Of a DNA stretch of 64,000 nt, positions 39,746-52,240 are shown piece by piece. This DNA is from Octopus sinensis. Lineage: Eukaryota. The stretch is from positions 199,950,001 through 200,014,000 of the forward strand of contig NC_042997.1 in NCBI RefSeq assembly GCF_006345805.1. Reading direction: 5' to 3'. Made by a program: the position numbers and the translations under genes. Position 1 is the first letter of the stretch; each line of letters opens with the position of its first letter. Under the pieces are notes generated by a model. That model saw nothing but the letters and a program-made list of their open reading frames with translations, was not told the DNA's origin and ran no database searches.

Positions 39746-41145
39746 TTGCAATATATCAAATAAAAACTATCTTAAACTGTTTAGAATTTTATAAAACAAG
39801 TAGAAAAATACCTTAAAAAGAAAATAGAAAATTACATTGTTTAACAGATAGAAGAAAGAAACATGATGTATATAGTCATTAAAAGACATGACTTTGTAAG
39901 TAAATGGAAATCATCATTATTTAAGAGAACATTTTTAAATAGCCAGAAATGTGTCACTTGCCAAATCAAATTCATAATTAATATAAACCTATGAGCCAAG
40001 AAGTGACTAAGACTGTTGGATAGCAAAATCATTTAATAAGGAATGTCAGAGTCAATTCTATCAACTGATACTCTTGTTTAATTGTTTTAATTTAGTTGTT
40101 ACAACCCACAGTAATTATCTTTCCATGACTTAATTTATTGTAACCTTTTTGTTGAACTGAAATTGCATATCGTTTGCTATTCTATTAAATATGGTTAAAT
40201 TATGAGATTGTAAGGGTGGCTTTTAGCTGGAATAATTTCAGTGGCTATCTTAATATGAGAAGGACCATAGGTTGTTGAAATATAGTGACTGCCTATAATT
40301 AAGAATTGTTTTCATTATTCTACGCTTATATACAATAAGTGAAGAATAGAATAAGTGAATAGTAGATATTACAGCTATTTAGAATTCAATAAGAGAAAAT
40401 TGAGAGATAAGGTACTGATGGCAGACAACATAAATTCTGATATTAGAATTTTGCTCCAACAATTTCATCCTAAATGGCTACAAATATGTACCAAACTGAG
40501 TGCTAGAATATTTGGTTCTAATACTACTAATAATACAAAGCATGAGACCAAATGTTTCACAGTACTTGTCTAAGTTCAAATCTTGTTATTGTTGTGTGAA
40601 AAGATCGCCTACTGTGCATACCTATTCCAGAGAAATTAATATTAATTTAAATTAATGAGGTGGTTAATTTAGGAAAGTAAATAGAGCAAACCCGTCAGAG
40701 TGCTAGAATAATATTGTACGTGCATTTATTATCAACTTTGTAGGTTCTAATTTAGAAACCAGAAAGTCAGAACTAAATTAGCAAAGACCTAACCAAGTCA
40801 AAAGTGTGTGTGTGTGCATGCATGCATGTACTCTTGTTTTGACATCATGTGGTGGTTGTATACAAGCATTATCATTCAAATAATATTTGTTTCCAGTCTT
40901 CAGTGAAAAACATGTCTAGCCATGGAAAAATATTACTTGCTTGGAAACAAAGGATTGGCAACAGGAAGGGCATCTGGCCATAGAAAATTTGGCTCAATAA
41001 ATTCTGACTGACCGAAGCAAGGCATGCAAGGGTGAACACTAAAATGATGATGAGTATATGAGAGTGTGATTGCAAACTACAGCTAAGATGACAAAGATCT
41101 ATTAGTTTGCATGGATGTTAAATTTATAAACCAAAGATATCTCAA

Positions 41146-41413
41146 CTGGCTTCCGTGCCGGTGGCACATAAAATACACCAATCCGACCGTGGCCGTTGCA
41201 AGCATCGCCTGGCACCTGTGCAGGTGGCACGTAAAAAGCACCCACTACACACACGGAGTGGTTGGCGTTAGGAAGGGCATCCAGCTGTAGAAACATTGCC
41301 AGATAAGACTGGAGCCTGGTGCAGCCTTCTGGCTTCCCAGATCCCCGGTCGAACCGTCCAACCCATGCTAGCATGGAGAACGGACGTTAAACGATGATGA
41401 TGATGATGATGAT
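41146..41413 (+). mobile_element. Young GAT-tailed SINE-like element
   Basis: CpG-intact copy ending CGTTAAAC(GAT)n, near-identical to 6080-6312. Confidence 0.85.
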
Positions 41414-41944
41414 CTCACAGAACAATTGCAATTTCTTTCACTTTAGTACTTTTCCAATGTCCCCTTATAAAATACTTCCAATCAAACATTTCTGAAATGA
41501 AAAATCCATTAGATATTTATTTTAAGTAGAATTAGAACGAACTTGGTTTTTGATTAGAAAAACTAGAAAAAGAAAAAAAATTCATAAGAAGTATGAATGT
41601 TTCTAGCCAAAAATACAAGAGGTCGTTAAACCACTGAACATTCCATCTTCACTTCAGTGTATCTAAGTCTAGCATATATGTCTTTTCCTTTTCTAAGACA
41701 GTGTAATATGATTTGAAAGAGATCTGACTGCTATTTCCAGCAGGTTAGATAATTGCATCAATTCATTTCCATTAGCTTAACATAACTTACAACGGATTAT
41801 GAAAAGGTCTTGATAGCCTATTGAGAGTGAGTTTCACTAGGAATGGAAATATATGACTGCATGTTTTGTCTTTAAGATCATATATCCATGCATACATGCA
41901 TGGTCAAAAGAATACTGATGTAACTTAAAATGGCCAGCAAGTTA

Positions 41945-42270
41945 AAACAAAACCAACCACATTTTGTGTGGGATCATGAGGAACATATGTTCTGTTGTGA
42001 AAATCAGCTACCCTCCAAACACTAATGTAGTTAGAAAAATACAAGAGAATGTGGACATCTATGAACCAATGACAAGGAGTTTGTGAACCCAATGCCAAAG
42101 ATACACTTTCAGCTTCATAACTATTATTATTGGAGCAACAGGATACATACCAACCTGCCTGTATGGCTGAACTTGAGTTCTTGATGAGAGAGAGAAAATC
42201 CTCACTTCATATGCTACAAATGACCTTGACGTCTGAGATTATCAAAATGAGCAAAAAACTTAAGATTTAA
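41945..42270 (+). mobile_element. R4/Dong-type non-LTR retrotransposon, restriction-like endonuclease (RLE) fragment
   Basis: NQPHFVWDHEE / CSVVKISYPPNTNVVRKIQENVDIYEPMTRSL*..YTFSFITIIIGATGYIP follows the NxPD..W..vvEIScP..N...K....Y..L....PIIIGAlG pattern. Confidence 0.7.
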
Positions 42271-42763
42271 AGGATGACAGTTAAAACAAGATGTTTTCCT
42301 TCACAACCTTGCTACCAAGCAGGCAGCCAGTCAAAATTTATTCTAAATTAAAAAGAGAACTAACACACACACACACATAGAACCATTTGACTTAAAATCT
42401 GATTATGTAGACATGTTCTTTCCTTGCAAAACTAAGTAATGTGGAACTGACTCAAATTTGTATTAAATACATTTAACTCCAATTAAATTTTGTTAAATGT
42501 TGCTTTATTTTGGTTGTTCACTCATTCATGTGAGTGTATATTCTTTTTGAAGATCAATGCTAAAAATCATATTCAAATCTTTATTGTGTCGTAATAAAAT
42601 ATTTCTTTGAACGTAGTTTAATCATTTAAAAATTCAGCAACTACTTGTATAAAGCAAAATACTTTTTTTTACATAGATCAGAAGTAAGAATTTAGGTAAT
42701 TATGTTTGCAACATATTAATATCTATGTAGACTGTAAATAATTATATTCTTACTCACTATCTA

Positions 42764-42800
<37 letters not shown>

Positions 42801-45639
42801 ATATAGACTGTAAATAATTATATTCTTACTCATTTATATTATTGAAGCTTTGTTCAATAACTGTGATATTTTTTACATTGAGTACCTTCTCTTGGTTTCA
42901 TTGGAGTCAATGAACAGATAAATTTTGCATATTCTAAAAAGCTTCTTAGTAAACACTTTATAATAAATTCACATCTAATAAATTCACATCAAGCTTCGCA
43001 ATTTAGCTGTCATTTTGATACTTTTATATGCACAGTTAACCATAAAATCTTTTTCTATGCAAAGAATAAAATCTGTAACAAATTAGAATCAATGATTTTA
43101 CAACCTCTTAGATTTTTCTAAAACTAAATTTGTTTGCATTAAAATACCTAGCCAATTTTCTTTGAAAATTGCCTTTAATTCATAGGTATTTCAATTAGCA
43201 TCTGAATGGATGACACTTTAATTTTTATTATCATTAAGAAGTAGATTGAGCAAAGCAAGTTATTTACTGAGGATTCAATGGAGAACCCAAATTATCTTTT
43301 ATGCATCAATTCTTTCTCTTTTTTTATGATTTGTATAGTATTCACATGAAACTAATTCTTTTTCATTTTAGCTTTTAGGTTTAAAATAAAACACATTGTC
43401 TGCATTTTAAACAAATGTTGACAATTAGTAGAATGCCATTTTAAACTTGAGTTGATTTCAAGAATGTTTGAGAATCGAGGAAAATGCTCACAATATTGAT
43501 CAAATCTGAACAACTTTACAAGCAACATGCAAAATTGATGTCTCATTTTAAGAGTTAATGAACTTTTATGACTCATGTCAAAATACTATCTGAAGTCTGA
43601 AAATTTTGCTTTTGTTTAGCATCTGACCAAAACATAAAATTGATCTCTTGCTAATAATTTGGCAAGTGTTATTCCATTTATTAAAATACTTAAAAGAGAC
43701 TAGTTTTCACAATAGTAAATGAAGGTTTCCTTTATGAATTTGTCAATGAAGCCTAAAATTATAAAAGCTAGTTTGATTGACCTGGCTCTTAGTTTTCTTT
43801 CTACTGGTAGCTTGTAAACACTACCAATTTAATGTGCTACCAATATAAATTACATTTTAGCATCCTAACTGAGAATGGAAACCATAGAAGGTTGAATGAC
43901 CTGCTAGAAATATCAGCCAAATCTACCTTAAAAACACACCTTAACTTAAGAAAAAGAGGACACATTAGATAATAGTTCTAAACAGATTGTAAAACAGGAC
44001 ATTAAGACGAGATTACCTAAATGGAATATCTAGGCATCAGAGCTGTCCTGGGGCTAAACAAACATTTTGATACCAATATAATCATCTCTCTCATACATAC
44101 ACACTCATGCACGCACCAATACTCAATTTATCAATTTCTTAATGTTATCTAATTTGTAGCACACAACCAATAATACATACTTCACTACTTCATTATCTGT
44201 GAGACTTATGAAAGATTCTTGTCAAAATTATAGTAGCAATTATATCATTAGATAGACCAACTTCCAAATCCTTACAAGTTAGAGAAATCCTAAAACACTG
44301 CATAAATTTTATTGTCTAAAAGTTTGACCCATAAGATAAGTTTTCTACTTCATCTATATACTGTACTTGTTCTTATAGTAGCTAATATTTTTAAGTTTTA
44401 TTTATGTAGAGCTTTGAATTAAGCTGAAAGTCAATGCTAATGTATGCATCATCATCATTTAACATCTGTTGTCCATGCTGGCATAGGTTGGACAGTTGGA
44501 ACATGGCTGGTAAGCTGAGGGGCTGCACCAGACTCCAGTCTGGTTTGGCATGGTTTCTACAGCTGGATGTCCTTCCTAAAGTCAACCACTCCAAGAGCAT
44601 AATGGGTGCTTTTATGCGACGCCAACATGGGTACCAGTTGCATGACATCAGTATCTGCCACAACTATGATTTCACTTGGCATCATTAGTCTTCTTCTCAA
44701 GCACAGCATATTGCCAAAGGTTTTGGTCATTTGACATTGCCTCCATGAGGTCCAATGCTCAAAAGGTACTTTTTATATGCCACTGGCACGGCTGCCAGTT
44801 ACATGACACCAGCATTGGCCACAAGGGAATCAGCATTTGAAACATTAGTTTGATAAAATCACAAGACAAATTATCCACTACAATGATTGATAATCTGATA
44901 TTAAACCATCACCACTATTATGATTATCACAACTTTTGTTAATCCATTTCAAACAAGTCTTATTTTTATAAATGACTTTCTATCTAGATAGATATTATTC
45001 TCATTTTCTTGTTGGATAACTTTTGAAACTTTTAACACTTTTCTGATTGATTTTTAATACCGAGATAACAAAATAAAATTTTACACAAGATATATTTGAA
45101 GATGTTAAAATATTTAAAAGCTATTTATAATTAAATCATCATCGTAATGGTTATGAAAATTAAATAATTGGATCTGTATATTAATCATATGGTTGCTAAG
45201 TGAACTTTGCACATTTGTGCCTTCACTCCTACCCCATATATAATTAAATAAAAACAAGTGTTTTTATTGTCTGTTACACAGCTGTACTGATGCCTACATC
45301 TCGCCAAACAAAAGAAATATTAAATATTAAATGCCAAAAACTTACAAAATCTAAAATAATTTAATAATGATGCATTGTCTTTTGTTTACAACTCAAAATT
45401 AGATTTCTACAAAGAATTACAATCTATAAAATAATATTCAAGACATTTTTTAAACTCAACTTTTTGCTGCAGGTTATTTCTTTCTATCCATTTGCCTGGA
45501 TAGAAAATTTAACATATTTTCTTCCTGTATTAAAATGGGGAGTAGATTGACTGAATTAAAATTGCTAGTGTTAGAGTTATTGCACAAATACTGTTTCAAT
45601 TGGATTGTTGTAGATTAGTAAATGGAAGGAACATAAAAA

Positions 45640-45900
45640 ACATGACTGAGACTTCCAGAAGAATTCAGTTATCAAGAGGAAAGATTCTAAAGAAAATAGA
45701 GAAAAGGAGTAAATTGAAAAGGGAGAAGTGCAAAGTTGGCAAGATCAGAAGAAGTATAAAAGTGACAATAAGATATTAATTGCGGGCCATGAATTGGTGG
45801 AGGTATGCTACTAATAGTCTTACCTAACAAGTTATAAGTGTGATTATAGCATTTTAGATGCTTCAGAAAACTGGGAATTATTTCAGTGTGCAAAGAGAAT
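45640..45900 (-). mobile_element. Highly degraded CR1/L2-type LINE 3' fragment
   Basis: Weak resemblance on the minus strand to 690-1000 (..HFYTSSDLA.. followed by a pyrimidine-rich segment). Confidence 0.3.
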
Positions 45901-47547
45901 GTAGTGGGGATCTCTGTTTGGCATTAGGTAAGCCCTTAAGTTAACTGTGGCTCGTAGTCAAATAAATGACCAACTCACATGTGTATTGTTCCATACATTT
46001 GGTGTCTTTAATGTGCGGAGAATTATATATATCATGTGAGCTTTTTGCTAGAAGAGGGGATTAGGTCAATATGTATGTAATGTGTTTCTCTGTTAATAGC
46101 AGAGGTTCTTCTGGCAAATCATAAGGGGTGTGTCATCATAAGCTGTAGTTTAGGGTTTCATAAAACAGAACAAGCAATATCGAAGAAAAAAAAAAAACAA
46201 GAATGATACAGTGATGTATAATTCTGAACATGAGAGAGAGTTCATAAACAAGAAAAATAAACAGAAAACAAAAAGGTAATAACCGAAATGTTTGAGAAGA
46301 GAAGACAGGCAGAATAATGTAACAAATGCATTCTTGGTTAAAAAGTGACATGAAATAGAAGATATATAGGATTGAATAAGGTTACAAGCTCTTAGAAAGC
46401 CAGTTTTACAGGTAATACAAGGAACGATATGTCACAAAAACCATATACAATAAGATCAATCACGACCGATGATAATGGAGGATTGTTTAAAACTTGTAAA
46501 AAAAATCCTTTCTTAATTTTCCATACCACCTTAGTAAAATATTACTAAATCTTACTCTTTAAATGTGTGGTCATACATAATTTACTTTAATATTTAACAT
46601 ACAAGCAGAATTCAACATTCTTTGAAACAGTTAATATTTTTCAGGATATATGAAAGGAACTTTCTTGTATATCTTTGGCAACTAACTTGAAGCTATATAA
46701 AACATTGTATAAAAGAAAAGAAAAACTCCAAAATATTGTATCTGCTTTTGAAAAAAGGGACAAAAAAACTGATTATCCTGATGATGTTTGAATGAAAATT
46801 ATGCACTCTTGAAAGGGAAGTTAAAAATAGCAAAATGTATCTGAAAGATTTATGCTTTGCCATTATCGACATCATCATTGCTGTTGTTTTCCTGTCCACT
46901 TTTCTGTGCTTGCATGGGTTAGACAGAATTTGGTGAGGCAGATTTTCTACAGCTGTCCCTGTTGCCAATCGGCATTTGTTTCCCAGCAAGATAATATTTC
47001 CCCATAACTTGATAGATTTTCATAGATGATTGGAAATGGTCATTGCTTGTAAGATGGTGGCACTCATTTTAAAAAAATTGCACAATGTCAACTCAAGGAC
47101 ACACACACAAAGAAATGGCTTCCTTCAATTTCAGTCTAAATCCACTAACATGACATCAATAACATGCAGCTGAAAGAGAAACAAAGTTCTTTATCACACT
47201 GCTTAGAAATGAGTATGCTTATATGCTATCCTTCATCCAAATATTAACAGAGCAAGTTTTGTTTCTTGTTGAAACATTGTCATTCCTCAACAAAAGACTA
47301 TTTCAATCTCTGCAACAAAGTGAGACAACATGACATGGATTCCCACTGCCAACTAATTTTAACAATCTGTTATAATTCCTAACGGTTAGTTATGTATTGA
47401 GCTTCAGTGTATTTTTCACAATGTATCTTTTTTTCCATGTACTTTAGACTAAGAAAGAATGTCAGTACCCTAAACCTGATAAACTTAGTCATTTTAGTAA
47501 CTAGCTGATTATTAATTCAATCTTTATAAATAGAAAATAAGATGTTA

Positions 47548-47777
47548 AGGTGGCAAGCTGGCAGAAATGTTAGCACGCCGGGTGAAATGCTTAGTGATGT
47601 TTCATCTGCCGTTACGTTCTGAGTTCAAATTCCGCTGAGGTTGACTTTGCCTTTCATCCTTTCGGGGTCGATAAATTAAGTCCCAGTTGTGTACTGGGGT
47701 TGATGTAATCGACTTAATCCCTTTGTCTGTCCTTGTTTGTCTCCTCTGTTTAGCCCCTTGTGGGCAATAAAGAAATA
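47548..47777 (+). mobile_element. Full-length tRNA-derived SINE with 16-bp TSD
   Basis: AGAAAATAAGATGTTA at 47532-47547 and 47778-47793. B-box-like GAGTTCAAATTCC and AATAAAGAAATA tail. Confidence 0.92.
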
Positions 47778-49980
47778 AGAAAATAAGATGTTATGCTAGG
47801 AGTATGCTATAATGAAATCACACTAGTCTTATAAGACATCATGTTAGTCAAATACCAATATTTACTTTATGACAAATAGAATCCTTAAATCTGTTAAAAT
47901 AGTGAACATTCTGTTTTTTTTGATTTAATAGTTGTTAAACATTAAGTTATAACTACAAATAGTAAAATATAGTTTTAAGCTATGAATATTATAGTTCTTG
48001 TAGTAAATAGTACTAGCTGTATTCCTCTTTCTTTTAATCAATGGCATAAAACAATTAGAAAACAAAAGCACTTTTATAACAAGACTGTCAAACCTTATTT
48101 GGGCATTTTATGAAGATTCTCCGTCATTAAACTATTGTTTGGTTTTTCAAATCAAAATGTCTTGAACTTATTTTGTTCATCAGACTGGAAACACTTCAAC
48201 TCAGGTTAACAGAAAAAAAGTTTAAAAAAAAAAAATAAAGAAACAAATTAATTATATTTCATATAATGATTTATTGCCTAGCCATAATGACTTCTTTGTA
48301 AGGAAGAGAATTTATAGTTCATTGAATCAACTTCTGTGCTTGTTTAAATGACCTAAGAAGGATGAAAGATAAAACTGTTTCTTGTCTGAAATGAATACCT
48401 AGATTATCATATATCAATCTATTTCAGTTTTATGTCATCTAATATGAACTCTATTGTTCTAACAACCATTATAATAAATAAATATAATAAATGTATGTTC
48501 CAGCAAAAAACAAATAAAAACAATATAGTAAGTAAAAAAAAAAAAAAAAAAAAAGAACTAAATCTGACTGACAAGTTCTGTTTCTAATTCATATTGGAGA
48601 GATTCGAAGAAGAATGGGCATACAGCTGTCAAAATAATTACTTCAACAAAAAGGCATCTCTTGGTTAGGAGATAAATTTCATTGAATAGTTTTGATTCAA
48701 TGAAAGTAAATAATGTAATTATAAATGTTAGTATTTTCAAACAGTATTTCTTTTGTTGATTAATGATCTAGCTGTTTTAATTCATATAGCTATAATATCT
48801 CAGAAAAATCATAATTTTATTGCTAATTACTGGTAACATTTAGATACTCTCTGAAATGGAGAAAATTCCAAACAGAAACCATTCTGGAAATCCTCCAATT
48901 TAAAAGTTACTACTATCATCAATTGGCAGCAAAGATGTTTCCAAAAATTTAGATTTTCCTTCTTTCATATCTGTTTCTTATTTCCTATAAATGGATTTCA
49001 AGTTTTAAATGGCCAACTCAGTTCAGTTCCTTGTTTTCATTTTATACTGTTTTCCATTTTTTATCATATATATATTAATGCTCTCCTATTGTTAACTATA
49101 AGTGGTTTATTCAGATCGGTTTTATATTTGACAGTCTAGATCAAGATTGAATAAAATCAATTAATAGTATACCATTATAAGCTTGTCTTAGAGCTATTTT
49201 GAAATAACTATTACTAGAAAATTATCATTGATCATATTACTAAAGGGTTTGTGATTTTTTTTTTTATTTTCATCTGCATTATCATAACAAAAGTCAACAG
49301 TGTAGTGTTTCCCAAAAGTTCTCCCTTGATTTTTACCATTTCCATGGTGCTTCATTTAAAATACTTTTGGTTGTTATTGTTTAGCCTCAAGTTATGCCTA
49401 ATTGAGCAGACCTATGATCAAAGACATTTCAGACATCCTGCTATGCACATTTTCCTATCCTTAGATTAGTAGACTATCAGAGATTAGTCTTCTATTTCTA
49501 GCTGGTAAACAATGTAGATATTTCCTCATTGGCTCTGATTAATCTACCTGTTGAAAATCTCATTTCACTAACATTTGAACGGTTAATATCATGTTAGGTT
49601 TTCATTTTTATCGTTAACAAGAACTGGGTAGTTTATGATTTTCATGCAGACAACTCTGAAACAGAATTAGCCTCCTCCAAGAACATAAACACAATGGCTA
49701 CCGCAGGCATTCAACCAATTACCGAACTTTTAGGAGATTTTTGTATGGTTTAAATCTACTCCTAACGATAGTTTAAATCTACTCTTAACTGGATAGTTTA
49801 AATCTACCTTTAACTGAATTTGAAAGATTTGGGTCAAAATATTTTCTTCCTTTTCTAAGAAACCCAACTTACAGTAACTGGAATAAAGATATAGTAATGT
49901 AACTGACTACATATAAGTACAGTAGAACCTGATCACAAATAAATCGTACTTTATATCCTATCTTTTTCATTCATTTAATA

Positions 49981-51227
49981 CAGTAGTACCTTAGTTGACA
50001 AACACCTCTGATCACGAATAAATTGTGCTTTATATATATACTAGCAGAATTGCCCGGCGATGCTCGGGGCTGAATTGCTTGAAAGTACTGTTAATGATTG
50101 CACTGAATTATGATGATTATTCAGGCAAGTATTGATATAAGTTTACGGTGGGAGATAAGGACTTAACGATCAAACGTGTGCTATTGCATTGTTTTGGGGG
50201 AACCAAATTTCTAATGAACATTATAGGGGCACCAACTTTAGGTTTGAGAATGTGTGGTGGTAGTCCGGGGGGCTCAAAGGAATTGAGTACCTCTATTGGA
50301 TAGTTGATGACGTCCTCTGGGTCAGGAGTTGTATCGATAGACTTATATACATAGACATCCCCAGGAATGAGTTTTAGCATTTCATCATTAATATGGTGAA
50401 CAGTTTTATTCCTCGGGGCCAGAATAGCCCTTCGGCCAATCCAATCCATATTCTGATAATTAGCTTGTAGAACACTGCATCTCTGAGATCAGAAGGCGTT
50501 TTAACAATGGTACAAATGGAATCGATGGCAATATTACCATTTTCATCCCTTGGTATTTTCCCCAAACAGGGACACAATTCAATTTTAAAACAATAACCGA
50601 AAGGGGGAGGGTTATGGTTTACAATTATTTAACAAATGCAACACAACAACGTTTCCCTGACGAGGAACTAACAAACGTGATTACAATAGTCAAACAGTAA
50701 TAATAATAACAACAAACCTTTTTAATGTATCCCCATTTATGTGAAACCACTTATTCAAGTTCAAGTCATTGATGCAATTTTATACGAATTGCTAATACAC
50801 ACACACATAATAAGGGTGAAAAATTGAATATTAATTTGATTAATATGAATTGAAAACCAGTGGTGTAGCATATAAGACCATAGCGGATCTTCTTCTAGCA
50901 AAAAGGATGACCAGTATTAATTGCTCATCCCTTTTATATAAATACTTTCACTTTAATTGTTGCACACTTGCAAAGAGAAAGGAGGATAAAGTGTAGTGGT
51001 AATGGTAGGAGTGAAGCACTTGAAATGAAAGAAGGAAATCGTAAAATATTGAGTTTTCTCGAATTTTTGCTTAATTGGGGGTGAAATTGAAAAAACTTTA
51101 CATGCCATGACCCAATGGAATCTACTTGGAAAAATGATAGGTAAATTCCAATGAAGAAATTCTATATTGTAGAATTGTATAAAAAACGAACGGTTTGGGA
51201 GGCAGAGAAAATCTGCCTTTTATCATA

Positions 51228-51278
<51 letters not shown>

Positions 51279-51328
51279 AAGTACAATTTATTCATGATCA
51301 GAGTTGTTCGAAAACCAAGGTAATACTG
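49981..51328. mobile_element. pogo/Tigger-like MITE split by a Helitron
   Basis: TA|CAGTAGTACCTTAG.. (49981-50031) versus the reverse complement of 51278-51328, 43/51 identical, followed by TA. Confidence 0.85.
50041..51230 (-). mobile_element. Non-autonomous Helitron carrying a PIF1-like helicase fragment
   Basis: A|TC 5' end at 51230, 3' hairpin CCCGAGCATCGCCGGG and CTAG|T at 50041. ORF RAILAPRN..IN..YPIEVLNSFEPPGLPPHILKPKVGAPIMFIRNL..CNSTRL. Confidence 0.93.
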
Positions 51329-51569
51329 TATCTTAAGAATTCTATTCACAATTTTCTTTTAAGAAGTAACTTCTTTAACACCAACACATTCTGAAACCCT
51401 CAGCATTTATTCTTAGTTGCATGCATATTTTCATAACATTAGTAACCTTCTTTAATCATCACACTGACTCCTCTAAGGATTTACATTTAAATTATGTTCC
51501 CTTAAGCTACTCTTATAAATATTTCATAGGAATCATGATTCTGAAGCAGTACCTGTATTTGGGTAACTA

Positions 51570-52240
51570 TACAAAATAAATAAACAAGAAAAATGAACTA
51601 ATGGTTGCAATAACGATTATTTATCTGAAGCCAATCTCTGATCTTAACTGCTGAATTGAAGACAGGTATTTCAAGTTACCTCTCATCAATTAATAATATA
51701 TAAAGCTTTGAAGCTGATAAATTGCACATGTAGTTGATTGCTCTCTTTAATGTATCTGGATCTTTCAAGAAGCTGTTTGGCTTATGTAAGATTTGGCAAT
51801 CAATAATCCCTGCTACAATTATGATGTAGCTTTATGTTCACTCAGCTGCATTTAGAAAACTATCATTTTGCCTATCTGCTTGCATAATTTCCAAACTGGA
51901 TTAATTTCATATGTCAGTTCAATTGCAAATACTTTCTTTGGGGTGATGGAGTGTATAATTGCATCTGGCCTTGGACTATCAATTTTATATGGTGAGGAAA
52001 CTGCTTCTGGATTTACAGAACTTAGTCTGCAACCCATCTTGAAAAGTCTTTACGCAATCCTATTTGCAAACATATAGCTCTCTGATATTGTTCCTGAAAA
52101 TGTGATATAACACTCTTTGAGTAGCATTTCTCTTTGTTCACAACTTATTGATTGTTCTTAAAATAATTCATATAATTTCATCTGGATGCCAAACAAACTT
52201 CACCTCTGTAGCATATGAAACTTTTGAAACAGATACATCA
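51570..52240 (-). pseudogene. Decayed reading frame with a PD-(D/E)xK-like nuclease motif; origin unknown
   Basis: RPDAIIHSITPKKVFAIELTYE in ORF 51852-52037. Neighbouring frames read protein-like with scattered stops. Confidence 0.35.

Noticed and set aside
43352-43576. Possible hAT dimerisation-domain remnant
   Set aside because: Only a vague YCEHF similarity, with no TIRs or further motifs.
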